A DNA stretch of 54,287 bases, taken from Pseudomonadota bacterium. GTDB taxonomy: Bacteria > Desulfobacterota > QYQD01 > JAZDGK01. The stretch is from NCBI GenBank assembly GCA_043806955.1, contig JAZDGK010000066.1:1-54287 (forward strand), written 5' to 3'. The position numbers and the translations under genes were made by a program. Positions 46,578 to 54,287 of this stretch are shown piece after piece. Positions within the stretch are counted from its first letter, which is position 1, and the number at the start of each line of letters is the position of its first letter. The notes beneath the pieces were generated by a model. It was not told the DNA's origin. It saw only the letters and a list, made by a program, of their open reading frames with translations, and did no database searches.

Positions 46578-46626
46578 CAGCAATGAGTCGGCATAAAGGG
46601 TCAATCTGTTTCTGGGCATGCCCTGA

Positions 46627-46833
46627 GAGGGTGTCTAAAAACTCTCAATTTTGTTCAAGGTCAAGGAGGGCGAGGATTCTAACACTTGAAGGACTGAAGG
46701 CTGGGATGCTGGGAGGCGAGAAGGCTGAGAGGCAATCCCAGCGGGTCAGCTTCCCAGCTTCCTGGCCTTCTGAGGATTAGAATTCGAGCCTGACGCAGAG
46801 ATTGGGCAAAAGGGAGAGTTTTTACACACCCTC
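46627..46833. repeat. RF element (207 bp)
   Basis: Same TIR as 20041-20270, with TGA on both flanks. Confidence 0.85.
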
Positions 46834-46970
46834 TGAGAACGAAGTTGTTCCTAAAAGTACATAGCGAACTCACCAGGCAGTGTTCTTTTTGCCACATAGT
46901 AAACCACAGGGTCTCGCCGTCGGAAAGCACAATTCACCTCAAAAAAGCTGAATTTCAATGGATTGATAGA

Positions 46971-47987
46971 ATGTCGATTCCTTTTTCGATCCGTGCCGTT
47001 TCTGAATATGTCCGGGCATGCTTGTTGCAGACGATACCTGATCGTACAACAAAGCTTTTCGGAGTGTCTATTTTGTATCAGCGAACCATAACCAATAAGG
47101 TACAGTGCACCGGTATCGGTCTCCATAACGGATTAAAAGTTGATCTGACTATAAAACCGGCCCCGGCCGATACAGGGATTATCTTTAAGCGTATCGACCT
47201 CCCCGGGGGACCATACATAGCTGCCGATTATCAACATATAAAAGATACGACCTTAGCTACAAGACTGGGGCTGGGCGATGCTGTCGTATCTACAGTTGAG
47301 CATCTCATGGCTGCATTCATGGGCCTCGGGATAGACAATGCCCTGGTCGAAATCGACGGTCCGGAAGTGCCCAGTCTTGATGGCAGCGCCGCACCGTTCG
47401 TCCTGATGTTGAAAAAGGCCAGGCCGGTTTCTCAGGGGGAAAAGAGAGAGTATATCAGGATACTGGAACCGATTCAGGTCCGCTGTGAAGGGAAGACCCT
47501 CTCACTCATTCCGGATGATTGCTTCAGAATAACATACAGCATTGACTTTGATCATCCGCTCATTCAACAGCAGTCTTACAGCCTTACCCTCTCTGAGGAT
47601 ACTTTCTGCCGGCAGATTTGCAACGCAAGGACTTTCGGGTTCCTTAACGAGGTTCAGAATCTCAAGAAAAATGGTTATGCTCTGGGTGGCTCCCTCGACA
47701 ATGCCATAGTGATAGATAATTCTTCTATCTTGAACGAGGGCGGGCTCAGATTTGAAAATGAATTTGTGCGTCATAAGATATTGGATCTGATCGGAGATAT
47801 GGCGCTACTCGGTAAACCTCTGCTCGGACATATTATTGCACATAAGTCCGGGCATGCTTTGCATCAGCGTCTGCTTCAAAAAATGGCACGCCAGACAGAA
47901 CGGTGGCATCTTTGCCACGAGGTCCTCGAAGGAGAGGATTCCGATTCCGAGCTGTCCGGACTTGTTCTGGCAACCGGCGCCGCCTAG
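46971..47987 (+). CDS. lpxC: UDP-3-O-acyl-N-acetylglucosamine deacetylase
   Basis: QRTI...[17 protein letters not shown] and HKSGHALH motifs. The true start may be the TTG at 47073, preceded by ggag at 47061. Confidence 0.85.
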   Translation: MSIPFSIRAVSEYVRACLLQTIPDRTTKLFGVSILYQRTITNKVQCTGIGLHNGLKVDLTIKPAPADTGIIFKRIDLPGGPYIAADYQHIKDTTLATRLGLGDAVVSTVEHLMAAFMGLGIDNALVEIDGPEVPSLDGSAAPFVLMLKKARPVSQGEKREYIRILEPIQVRCEGKTLSLIPDDCFRITYSIDFDHPLIQQQSYSLTLSEDTFCRQICNARTFGFLNEVQNLKKNGYALGGSLDNAIVIDNSSILNEGGLRFENEFVRHKILDLIGDMALLGKPLLGHIIAHKSGHALHQRLLQKMARQTERWHLCHEVLEGEDSDSELSGLVLATGAA

Positions 47988-48201
47988 GCGGTCTTCTTTT
48001 TTCGTCCTTTGTTCCGCAGTTCCATTCTCACCGTCATTTTTCGTTGACAAAACTGGGACTAAGACATTAATTAGTTTCCGGACCGGAGACCCGGTTTCCT
48101 ATGGTTCCCAGCCTGACGAAGACCGGTTCCGCCTGGAATACTGCAACTTCTTAGACGGTCTTGAACAAACAGTCGTACCAGTCGATATCTTTGGAGTTTC
48201 C

Positions 48202-48579
48202 ATGAACAAGCCGAATTTTGCGAAATGTGGCGGTTTGTTGCCGGCAATTGCGCAGGATTACAGGACCGGCGAGATATTGATGCTCGCGTATATGAACGAA
48301 GAAGCCTGGGACCAGACTCTGGCCTCGGGCAAAGTGCACTATTTCAGCCGGAGTCGCAGGGAATTATGGCTCAAGGGCAAAACATCAGGCAATGTACAAA
48401 TCGTAAAAGAGATTTTTCTGGATTGCGATGACGATACGATTTTGATTAAGATTGAACAACTGGGTGGAGCAGCGTGCCATACGGGGTATCGGAGCTGTTT
48501 CTTCAGAAAGCTGGAAGACAATGAATGGAGAACTGTCGGGGAAAGAATCTTTGATCCCAGGGAGGTCTATAAGTCTTGA
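48202..48579 (+). CDS. hisI: phosphoribosyl-AMP cyclohydrolase
   Basis: [22 protein letters not shown]...[10 protein letters not shown]...[11 protein letters not shown]...CHTGYRSCF. Confidence 0.9.
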   Translation: MNKPNFAKCGGLLPAIAQDYRTGEILMLAYMNEEAWDQTLASGKVHYFSRSRRELWLKGKTSGNVQIVKEIFLDCDDDTILIKIEQLGGAACHTGYRSCFFRKLEDNEWRTVGERIFDPREVYKS

Positions 48580-49448
48580 GCAAGCTTAAACTCGGAATCC
48601 CCAAAGGCAGCCTGGAAAGGTCCACTCTGGAGCTCTTTGCCAGATCGGGATGGCGGATCTCGCTCAATTCCCGGAGTTATTTTCCGGAAATAGATGATGA
48701 CGACATAGAATGCCATATATGCCGGGCCCAGGAAATGTCCCGTTATGTGGAAAACGGGACGCTCGATGCCGGCCTTACCGGCAGGGATTGGATACTTGAG
48801 AACGATTCTGATGTCGCGGTTGTCGACGAACTTGTCTATTCGAAAGTCAGCCAGCGCCCCACGAGATGGGTATTGGCCGTACCGGTGAATTCCCCTATTC
48901 AGAGACTGGAAGATCTGGCCGGTAAGAAAATTGCGACCGAGCTGCTGAATTTTACCAAGCGCTATTTTGCGGAGAGGAATGTCCCTGTAAAAGTTGAATT
49001 TTCCTGGGGTGCGACTGAGGCCAAGGTTGTTTCAGGCTTGGCGGATGCCATCGTGGAGGTCACAGAGACCGGGAGCACGATAAAAGCGCATGGGCTCCAT
49101 ATAATCCATGAGCTGATGCAGTCCACAACTCAGTTCATAGCAAACAAAGGCGCCTGGGAGGATCCCTGGAAGAAAGAAAAAATTCAACAAATAGCCATGC
49201 TCTTGAAGGGCGCTCTGCGAGCCTACAAAATGGTGGGCTTGAAAATGAACGTGCCCGATCATAAATTAAAGGATATAGTAGCCTTACTCCCCAGTCTCAA
49301 CGCCCCCACCATAGCCCATCTTTACCAGTCGGAATGGTATTCTGTCGAATCGGTAATCGAGCAGAAAGCGGTGAGAGATCTCATCCCGAGACTTCTCAAG
49401 GCGGGTGCAGAGGGCATCATAGAGTATTCGTTAAACAAGGTTTTGTGA
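48576..49448 (+). CDS. hisG: ATP phosphoribosyltransferase (long form)
   Basis: [11 protein letters not shown] and [10 protein letters not shown] motifs, 290 aa. The TTG start overlaps the hisI stop. Confidence 0.9.
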   Translation: MSKLKLGIPKGSLERSTLELFARSGWRISLNSRSYFPEIDDDDIECHICRAQEMSRYVENGTLDAGLTGRDWILENDSDVAVVDELVYSKVSQRPTRWVLAVPVNSPIQRLEDLAGKKIATELLNFTKRYFAERNVPVKVEFSWGATEAKVVSGLADAIVEVTETGSTIKAHGLHIIHELMQSTTQFIANKGAWEDPWKKEKIQQIAMLLKGALRAYKMVGLKMNVPDHKLKDIVALLPSLNAPTIAHLYQSEWYSVESVIEQKAVRDLIPRLLKAGAEGIIEYSLNKVL

Positions 49449-49450
49449 AC

Positions 49451-50254
49451 ATGAGACAAAGCAAGACAGTTTGGTTTCAGGCCGCCTTCTTCACAATTGC
49501 CGCCCTTGCCCTGGTTTCATGCGCGGAAGATGCAGTTGCGCGCCGTAAGAAGGCCATAGTGCATCTTAACCTGAGCGACACATATTTCAGGGAGGGACAG
49601 CTTCCTGCGGCCTTGGGCGAGGCCCTTAAGGCCATGAAACTGGACGATGAGAACCCCTCTATCCATAATGAGCTTGGTCAGATATACGCAACACGTGGAG
49701 AGTTCGATAAAGCCGCGCATCATTTCAACGAATCGATCAAAATACGGCCGGATTTCTCGGATGCTTACAATAATCTGGGCGCCCTGTATCTCAATATGGG
49801 AGAATGGGACAAGGCCATAGAGCAGTTCCATGTGGCTCTCTCCAACCCCCTTTACCAGACTCCGCATTACGCTCACACCAATATGGGCTGGGCATACTAT
49901 CGCAAGGGCGACCATGAACAGGCCATCCGTCACTACCATCTGGCGCTCAGGTTTGCCCCGCGTTTCAGCCTTGCTTTTAACAACCTGGGATTAGCCTTTA
50001 TGTCCCAGAACAAAGATGAAGAGGCGCTGGACGCCTTCCAGCGAGCTGTAAACTATTATCCCTCGTATGCGGAAGCCCGTTGCCACATGGGAGATCTCTT
50101 CCTGCGCCAGAAGCAGGAAATAAAGGCCATGGCTGCATTCGAAGAGGTGATTCGACTCTCACCGGACAGCATCTGGGGCAGACACGCACGCAAAGCCATG
50201 GCCGAACTGGAACAGATAACGCCTGGGGCGCAGGACGTAAACGTTCACCGTTGA
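49451..50254 (+). CDS. TPR-repeat lipoprotein (PilW/YfgL-like)
   Basis: Signal peptide with lipobox LVSC and several TPR units (AYNNLGALY, AFNNLGLAF). Confidence 0.8.
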   Translation: MRQSKTVWFQAAFFTIAALALVSCAEDAVARRKKAIVHLNLSDTYFREGQLPAALGEALKAMKLDDENPSIHNELGQIYATRGEFDKAAHHFNESIKIRPDFSDAYNNLGALYLNMGEWDKAIEQFHVALSNPLYQTPHYAHTNMGWAYYRKGDHEQAIRHYHLALRFAPRFSLAFNNLGLAFMSQNKDEEALDAFQRAVNYYPSYAEARCHMGDLFLRQKQEIKAMAAFEEVIRLSPDSIWGRHARKAMAELEQITPGAQDVNVHR

Positions 50255-50494
50255 TTGTTCGCCGTTTACAAAAACAAGCGCCTTTCGGGTTCTCACGGAC
50301 AACAGCAAACCGATAACAGCGGACGGTCGGACCCAAGCTGGCGCCATATGTGGCACAGCCGCCCCCGGCTGTGAAATCACGCCCCGGACCACAGCCGAGG
50401 GCGGCTGTGCCACATGCATAGCTCGCCAGAACAGGCTTAATTCAACAGCATTGACGGTCGGACCCGAAGGGGAAAAAGTTGCGGAGCGCCTGAG

Positions 50495-51085
50495 TTGAAA
50501 ATCATATCATCAGACTTCATCGATAGTGTGTACAATTTGCATCAGCTTCCGAATGACGGACGGACGGAGATAGCGTTTGCCGGCCGTTCAAATGTGGGGA
50601 AGTCATCCTTCATTAATACTATCCTTGGCCGAAAAAAACTCGCCCAAGTCAGCAAGAGCCCGGGCCGCACTCAGTCGCTCAACTTCTATCTCGTGAATGA
50701 CTCCATCTATTTCGTCGATCTCCCCGGCTACGGGTATGCGAAGGTGCCTGTTGAGATGAAGACAAAATGGAAGCACCTGATCGAAGGATATCTTTCAAAT
50801 CGACCCACCCTGAAGCTGGTAGTTCTCCTCTTCGATATCCGCAGGAATGCTACCGAGGAAGATCTTCTGCTCCTGGACTGGTTCAGACTGCGCCACATTC
50901 CGGTGCTGACGGTCCTGACCAAAGCGGACAAACTGTCAAACAACCAGTGTACGGCACAGTTGGCCGCTTTCAGCCGTTCAATATCCGCGGACCAAAACAG
51001 CACTGTCGCATTCTCTGCAGTAACGCGCCAGGGCAAAGACGTTGTCTGGGAAAAGATCCTCGGCTTTCTACCCAACGCTGATTGA
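50495..51085 (+). CDS. engB: ribosome biogenesis GTP-binding protein YsxC/EngB
   Basis: AGRSNVGKSSFIN, DLPGYGYA and TKADK motifs. Confidence 0.9.
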   Translation: MKIISSDFIDSVYNLHQLPNDGRTEIAFAGRSNVGKSSFINTILGRKKLAQVSKSPGRTQSLNFYLVNDSIYFVDLPGYGYAKVPVEMKTKWKHLIEGYLSNRPTLKLVVLLFDIRRNATEEDLLLLDWFRLRHIPVLTVLTKADKLSNNQCTAQLAAFSRSISADQNSTVAFSAVTRQGKDVVWEKILGFLPNAD

Positions 51086-51309
51086 ATCAAGCCCGCCTGC
51101 GCTCCTGAGTCTTTGCCCCTCAGAATGGCTTGAATGTAGCACAGCCGCCCCCGGCTGTGGCTCCGTCATAATCCGTCCTTCGGGGTTAAACCATCCGGAA
51201 TTGTCCTTGACCTCGCCATACTATACATGAAAACAGCGAGGAGCCTAATAATCCTTGCGCGCCACTTCAAATGGCGCAATACGGCATATCGCGCCATCAC
51301 GAGGAGAAC

Positions 51310-51620
51310 ATGACCAAACTGGTCCCACAAGACGAAGTAGACGCTGTTCTGCGAGCCGTTGAGCGATTTCCCGACGGTGCTTCTCTCAAGGCCATCAGCG
51401 ACGCCTTGAAGAGGATGTGCCGCAAGAGGATCGCCTGCGTTTTATCGAGGTGGCGGAAACGGAGGCCATGAGCCTTCACGAGGGAAACATCGCCCGCTAC
51501 CGCCTGCGGCCATCGCAATACCAGACTTGGCGGGAGACGTGGCGCTGACGAGAAGTGAAATGATGACCAAGCCCACCGAACACAAAACCGTCCAGGCCCG
51601 CATCCTCGCCTACGCACGCC
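51310..51620 (+). pseudogene. relic of a type I R-M locus (unidentified upstream gene tail plus hsdR N-terminus)
   Basis: MMTKPTEHKTVQARILAYA (51560-51616) matches the conserved HsdR N-terminus as I recall it, and then degenerates. Upstream is a frameshifted fragment ending ...EAMSLHEGNIARYRLRPSQYQTWRETWR. Confidence 0.35.
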
Positions 51621-51814
51621 GCTGCTTCTTTCTTCATTCAGTTGACGGCGCTGTACTTGACAAGAAAACAACGCGCCTGAGGCCCCACCCTGCTTCTTCA
51701 AAACCAGAAAGCTCACGTCTCCGCGCGACTCTGTATTGCCAAAGCTCGACGGCCTCGCAACGAGTTCATTTACGGCGGTTACGCTGCATCCCTTGCCGGG
51801 AGAGTTTCAGCATC

Positions 51815-53059
51815 TCAGTCTGCTTCAACCTGCGTCCTGACCCCCTCTTTCTGAATCGCGGGCAGGACCCAGGGCAGGAGTATGAACGCCGGACAGGCGG
51901 CAAAAAAAGTAAGCACGAAGAACGGCCCGTAACCAAATTGTTCAGCAGCAAATCCGCTCAGCATTCGGGAAATCGTGCCGCTGAATCCGAACAACGTAGT
52001 GAAAAGTGCGTATTGAGTTGCACTGAAACGTCTGTTGCATAAGACCATTAAGAACGCCATGAATGCAGCAGTGCCCAGTCCGCCGGTAAAGCTCTCAAAT
52101 ATGGAAGCAGAGTAAACAAGTATCTTCTGGGGTGCCAACGCGGCATAAGCATAGCCTAAATTGGACAGGGCTTGCAGCGCACCCAGACGCCAGATCGCTC
52201 GCCCGATTCCCCATCGGCTGGTCAACCATCCGCCTATGACAGCCCCCCCTATGCTGGCAAGCGGAGACAGGCTCGCGGAAATCAGGCCGATCTCAATCCG
52301 GGTGAAACCCCGGTCCACCCAGAAAGGACTGATCATCTGCCCCATCATTGCATCACCGACTTTGAAAAGCAGTATAAACAGAAGCAGGGCGATCAAATTG
52401 GGTTTGCGGCCCAGATCTTGTAAAGGCAAAACCCATGATTCCATGACCTTTTGCGGTGTACAAACACCGGATCGGGAATCCTGACGGCATCCCGGAGTGA
52501 AAAAGACTACACAGGCCAAGGTGAGCATGATGACGGACAGCCCGATAAATGAACCCTCCCACCCGACAAACTCGGCCAGAGAGATTATGCCGCCTCCCGA
52601 AAAAATCAGGGCCACCCGGTACGAACCGCTGCGGATGCCGTTTGCCATCCCGAGCTCTTTGTCATCGAGTATTTGTATGGTATAGCCATCGACGGCAATG
52701 TCCTGGGTAGCGGATGCCACGGCCATAACACCCAGAACGAACCAGATCAGGATTCCGGGTTGACCGGGATCGATTCGTACCGTGGCCGCAATGGCAATAC
52801 CGATCAGGATTTCGGCGCCGACAATCCAAATATACTTTTGCCCGAAACGATCAATGATCGGCGCCCAGAGTACCTTCAGACTCCAGGCCAGGCCTACCAG
52901 ACTGAGCAGCCCGATGCTTTCCAGGCTCATTCCGTTTGAACGAAAAAAAACCGACAGGGTATTGTTGATGAAACCAAAAGGAATGCCTTCGGCAAAATAG
53001 AGTAGACTGATGACGAAGATTTTGGTTCCGGGAATGCCAAATATCGATTTTTTTAACAT
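51815..53059 (-). CDS. MFS transporter, AmpG-like
   Basis: About 12 predicted hydrophobic helices. The LLYFAEGIPFGF...LKVLWAPIIDRFG motif is typical of the AmpG family. Start chosen at MLKKSIF. Confidence 0.8.
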   Translation of the reverse strand: MLKKSIFGIPGTKIFVISLLYFAEGIPFGFINNTLSVFFRSNGMSLESIGLLSLVGLAWSLKVLWAPIIDRFGQKYIWIVGAEILIGIAIAATVRIDPGQPGILIWFVLGVMAVASATQDIAVDGYTIQILDDKELGMANGIRSGSYRVALIFSGGGIISLAEFVGWEGSFIGLSVIMLTLACVVFFTPGCRQDSRSGVCTPQKVMESWVLPLQDLGRKPNLIALLLFILLFKVGDAMMGQMISPFWVDRGFTRIEIGLISASLSPLASIGGAVIGGWLTSRWGIGRAIWRLGALQALSNLGYAYAALAPQKILVYSASIFESFTGGLGTAAFMAFLMVLCNRRFSATQYALFTTLFGFSGTISRMLSGFAAEQFGYGPFFVLTFFAACPAFILLPWVLPAIQKEGVRTQVEAD

Positions 53060-53154
53060 TAATGGAGGGGATTTTTCGGCCCTTTGCCTCGACCGAAGCT
53101 CACGACGGATTTCGATTTTTACTGAAAATCGTTTGCTCGTAAGGACCAATTAAT

Positions 53155-53310
53155 GATGACTTCGTAAAAAGTCAGAAAGTACCACCTTTTGTCATTCCGG
53201 CCCCGTATCAAGTACGGGGTAAACTTCAGCCGGAATCCAGTCTATTCAACTGGTTACTGAGGATCTGGACTCCGGTTTTCACCGGAGTGACGACCTTTTA
53301 CGAGACCATC
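53155..53310 (-). repeat. RG element with aattaa flanks
   Basis: Inverted copy of 19801-19933 with a 23-bp extra hairpin. It is flanked by aattaa at 53148-53153 and 53311-53316. Confidence 0.85.
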
Positions 53311-53347
53311 AATTAACAGGTTGGAGTAGAAAGGCAAAAAAGCCTTT

Positions 53348-53617
53348 CTACTCTGCCTTGCTCTCTTTAGGGGCCGGAGCTTCAGAGGCTTTCTTTTCAG
53401 AAGAGTTGTTCTCCGCGGGTTTTGAAGCGCTGAAATTTTTTCCCGCATAGTCGGTTACATACCACCCGCTGCCCTTCAGGTGAAAAGAGCTGCAGGAAAT
53501 GAGTTTCTTCAGTCCTCCTGAGCAGTGTGGGCACTCCGTCAAAGGAGCATCGGAGATCTTTTGCCAGGATTCGGTAATTCGGGAACATTGCTGACATTGA
53601 TACTCATAAACCGGCAC
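53348..53617 (-). CDS. FmdB-family zinc-ribbon protein
   Basis: MPVYEYQCQQCS...CPHCSG...GSGWY. Confidence 0.8.
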   Translation of the reverse strand: MPVYEYQCQQCSRITESWQKISDAPLTECPHCSGGLKKLISCSSFHLKGSGWYVTDYAGKNFSASKPAENNSSEKKASEAPAPKESKAE

Positions 53618-53653
53618 GTTACTACACCTCCTATCTATATGTAGATTGATGAT

Positions 53654-54241
53654 CTAAAGCTGCAATTCTCCTATGCTTTGTTCTGTGGAATCGGACCTGG
53701 TCCATACTCCGCCGAGACCGGATCCAAAAAGACCTGCATGTCCCTCATAGTTCCGCAGGACCGGATCAATACCGCTGACAGGAACCGCCCTAAGGATTTC
53801 AGAGGTGGTTCGATGAACTCTGGTTTCTTCACCGGTACGTTCCTGCTCCGATGCATGGAACCGGTGAAGAAACCTTTTGAAACGCACTATATGCACCAAT
53901 TCATGGGTCAGAACATATAAAAGCAAAGGGAAGAGGGCAATACCCCTCCCTCCGTTTGTGGCTTTTAGTATTTGATGGTCGTGAAGACAAATCTTATAAA
54001 ACTCGTACCGGCCTCTGCCTGATGGAGATTTCGCGGGATCCTGCCTGTATCGCGCAACCTGAGCAAAGACGCCAGCGACTATTTCTTCGCTGGTCAGATC
54101 CTTGAGAGTACGGACATCATACGGCGCATTTTTCCAGTCCGTCGAGGACAGTTTGTAGTAGTCACTCGCTATCTGCTCAGCAAGCACGAGAGCATCATCC
54201 ACTATACGTAAATGATTCTCGTTGAAATATACCATATCCAT
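53654..54241 (-). CDS. hypothetical protein with an HExxH motif
   Basis: 195-aa intact ORF. THELVHIVRF is a possible metallopeptidase motif. I did not recognise a family. Confidence 0.55.
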   Translation of the reverse strand: MDMVYFNENHLRIVDDALVLAEQIASDYYKLSSTDWKNAPYDVRTLKDLTSEEIVAGVFAQVARYRQDPAKSPSGRGRYEFYKICLHDHQILKATNGGRGIALFPLLLYVLTHELVHIVRFKRFLHRFHASEQERTGEETRVHRTTSEILRAVPVSGIDPVLRNYEGHAGLFGSGLGGVWTRSDSTEQSIGELQL

Positions 54242-54287
54242 TTTAGCCCAAATACTCCATCAGACCGAAGCGATCCTTCCTATCGAC

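Noticed and set aside
47836-48201. N-terminal 122-aa extension of the hisI ORF.
   Set aside because: It overlaps the lpxC 3' end and the intergenic DNA. HisI homology starts at [19 protein letters not shown] (48202).
1-54287. Search for tRNA, rRNA, tmRNA, integrase or transposase genes.
   Set aside because: I noticed no cloverleaf-like GTTCGAATC/T-loop contexts, rRNA-like stretches or DDE/tyrosine-recombinase-like ORFs. This was a visual scan only and should be confirmed with tRNAscan-SE, Infernal and ISEScan.

Overview
This is a 54.3-kb chromosomal window. Its gene content suggests an anaerobic Desulfobacterota/deltaproteobacterium-like genome, but that is inference only: a four-subunit group 3b [NiFe]-hydrogenase, a fused cobA/hemD next to hemC, LPS genes and HU. 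I find about 40 credible genes, mostly housekeeping:
- Trx2-like thioredoxin plus a lipoprotein
- hybrid Cache/HAMP/PAS histidine kinase, and a PilZ protein
- hydB-G-D-A type hydrogenase operon
- malQ, lepA, hemW, a membrane protein of unknown function, pcnB
- an Fe-ADH / DegT-aminotransferase / kdsB cluster
- beta-CASP RNase
- a 1345-aa secreted protein (beta-helix plus 9 Calx-beta repeats)
- cobA/hemD-hemC, a deoxyhypusine-synthase-like protein, gmhA, hup
- rnc / radical SAM / era, mobA, lpxC, hisI-hisG
- TPR lipoprotein, engB, AmpG-like MFS transporter, two FmdB zinc ribbons

The first 4.6 kb is a decayed accessory/defence patch. It holds a ParE remnant, an orphan Rossmann-like protein, YwbE, a frameshifted DUF6155 gene, a truncated DUF4062 gene, an internally deleted type III Res gene and an intact MazG-like gene. 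A type I R-M relic lies near 51.5 kb.

The gene list does not explain the intergenic DNA. Nearly every spacer, including spacers inside operons, is occupied by at least 12 families of 55-230-bp palindromic MITE-like elements, about 30 copies or fragments in total. Several are nested inside one another in reciprocal combinations. One family shows clean 6-bp target-site duplications, and one divergent copy carries the same substitutions in both hairpin arms. There are also oriented heptanucleotide tandem arrays that abut stop codons.

I saw no transposase, CRISPR array, tRNA or rRNA. I cannot point to a recognisable complete novel multi-gene system. The strongest candidates for follow-up are the repeat network and heptamer modules, the putative Kdo8N-type cluster and the collapsed defence patch.
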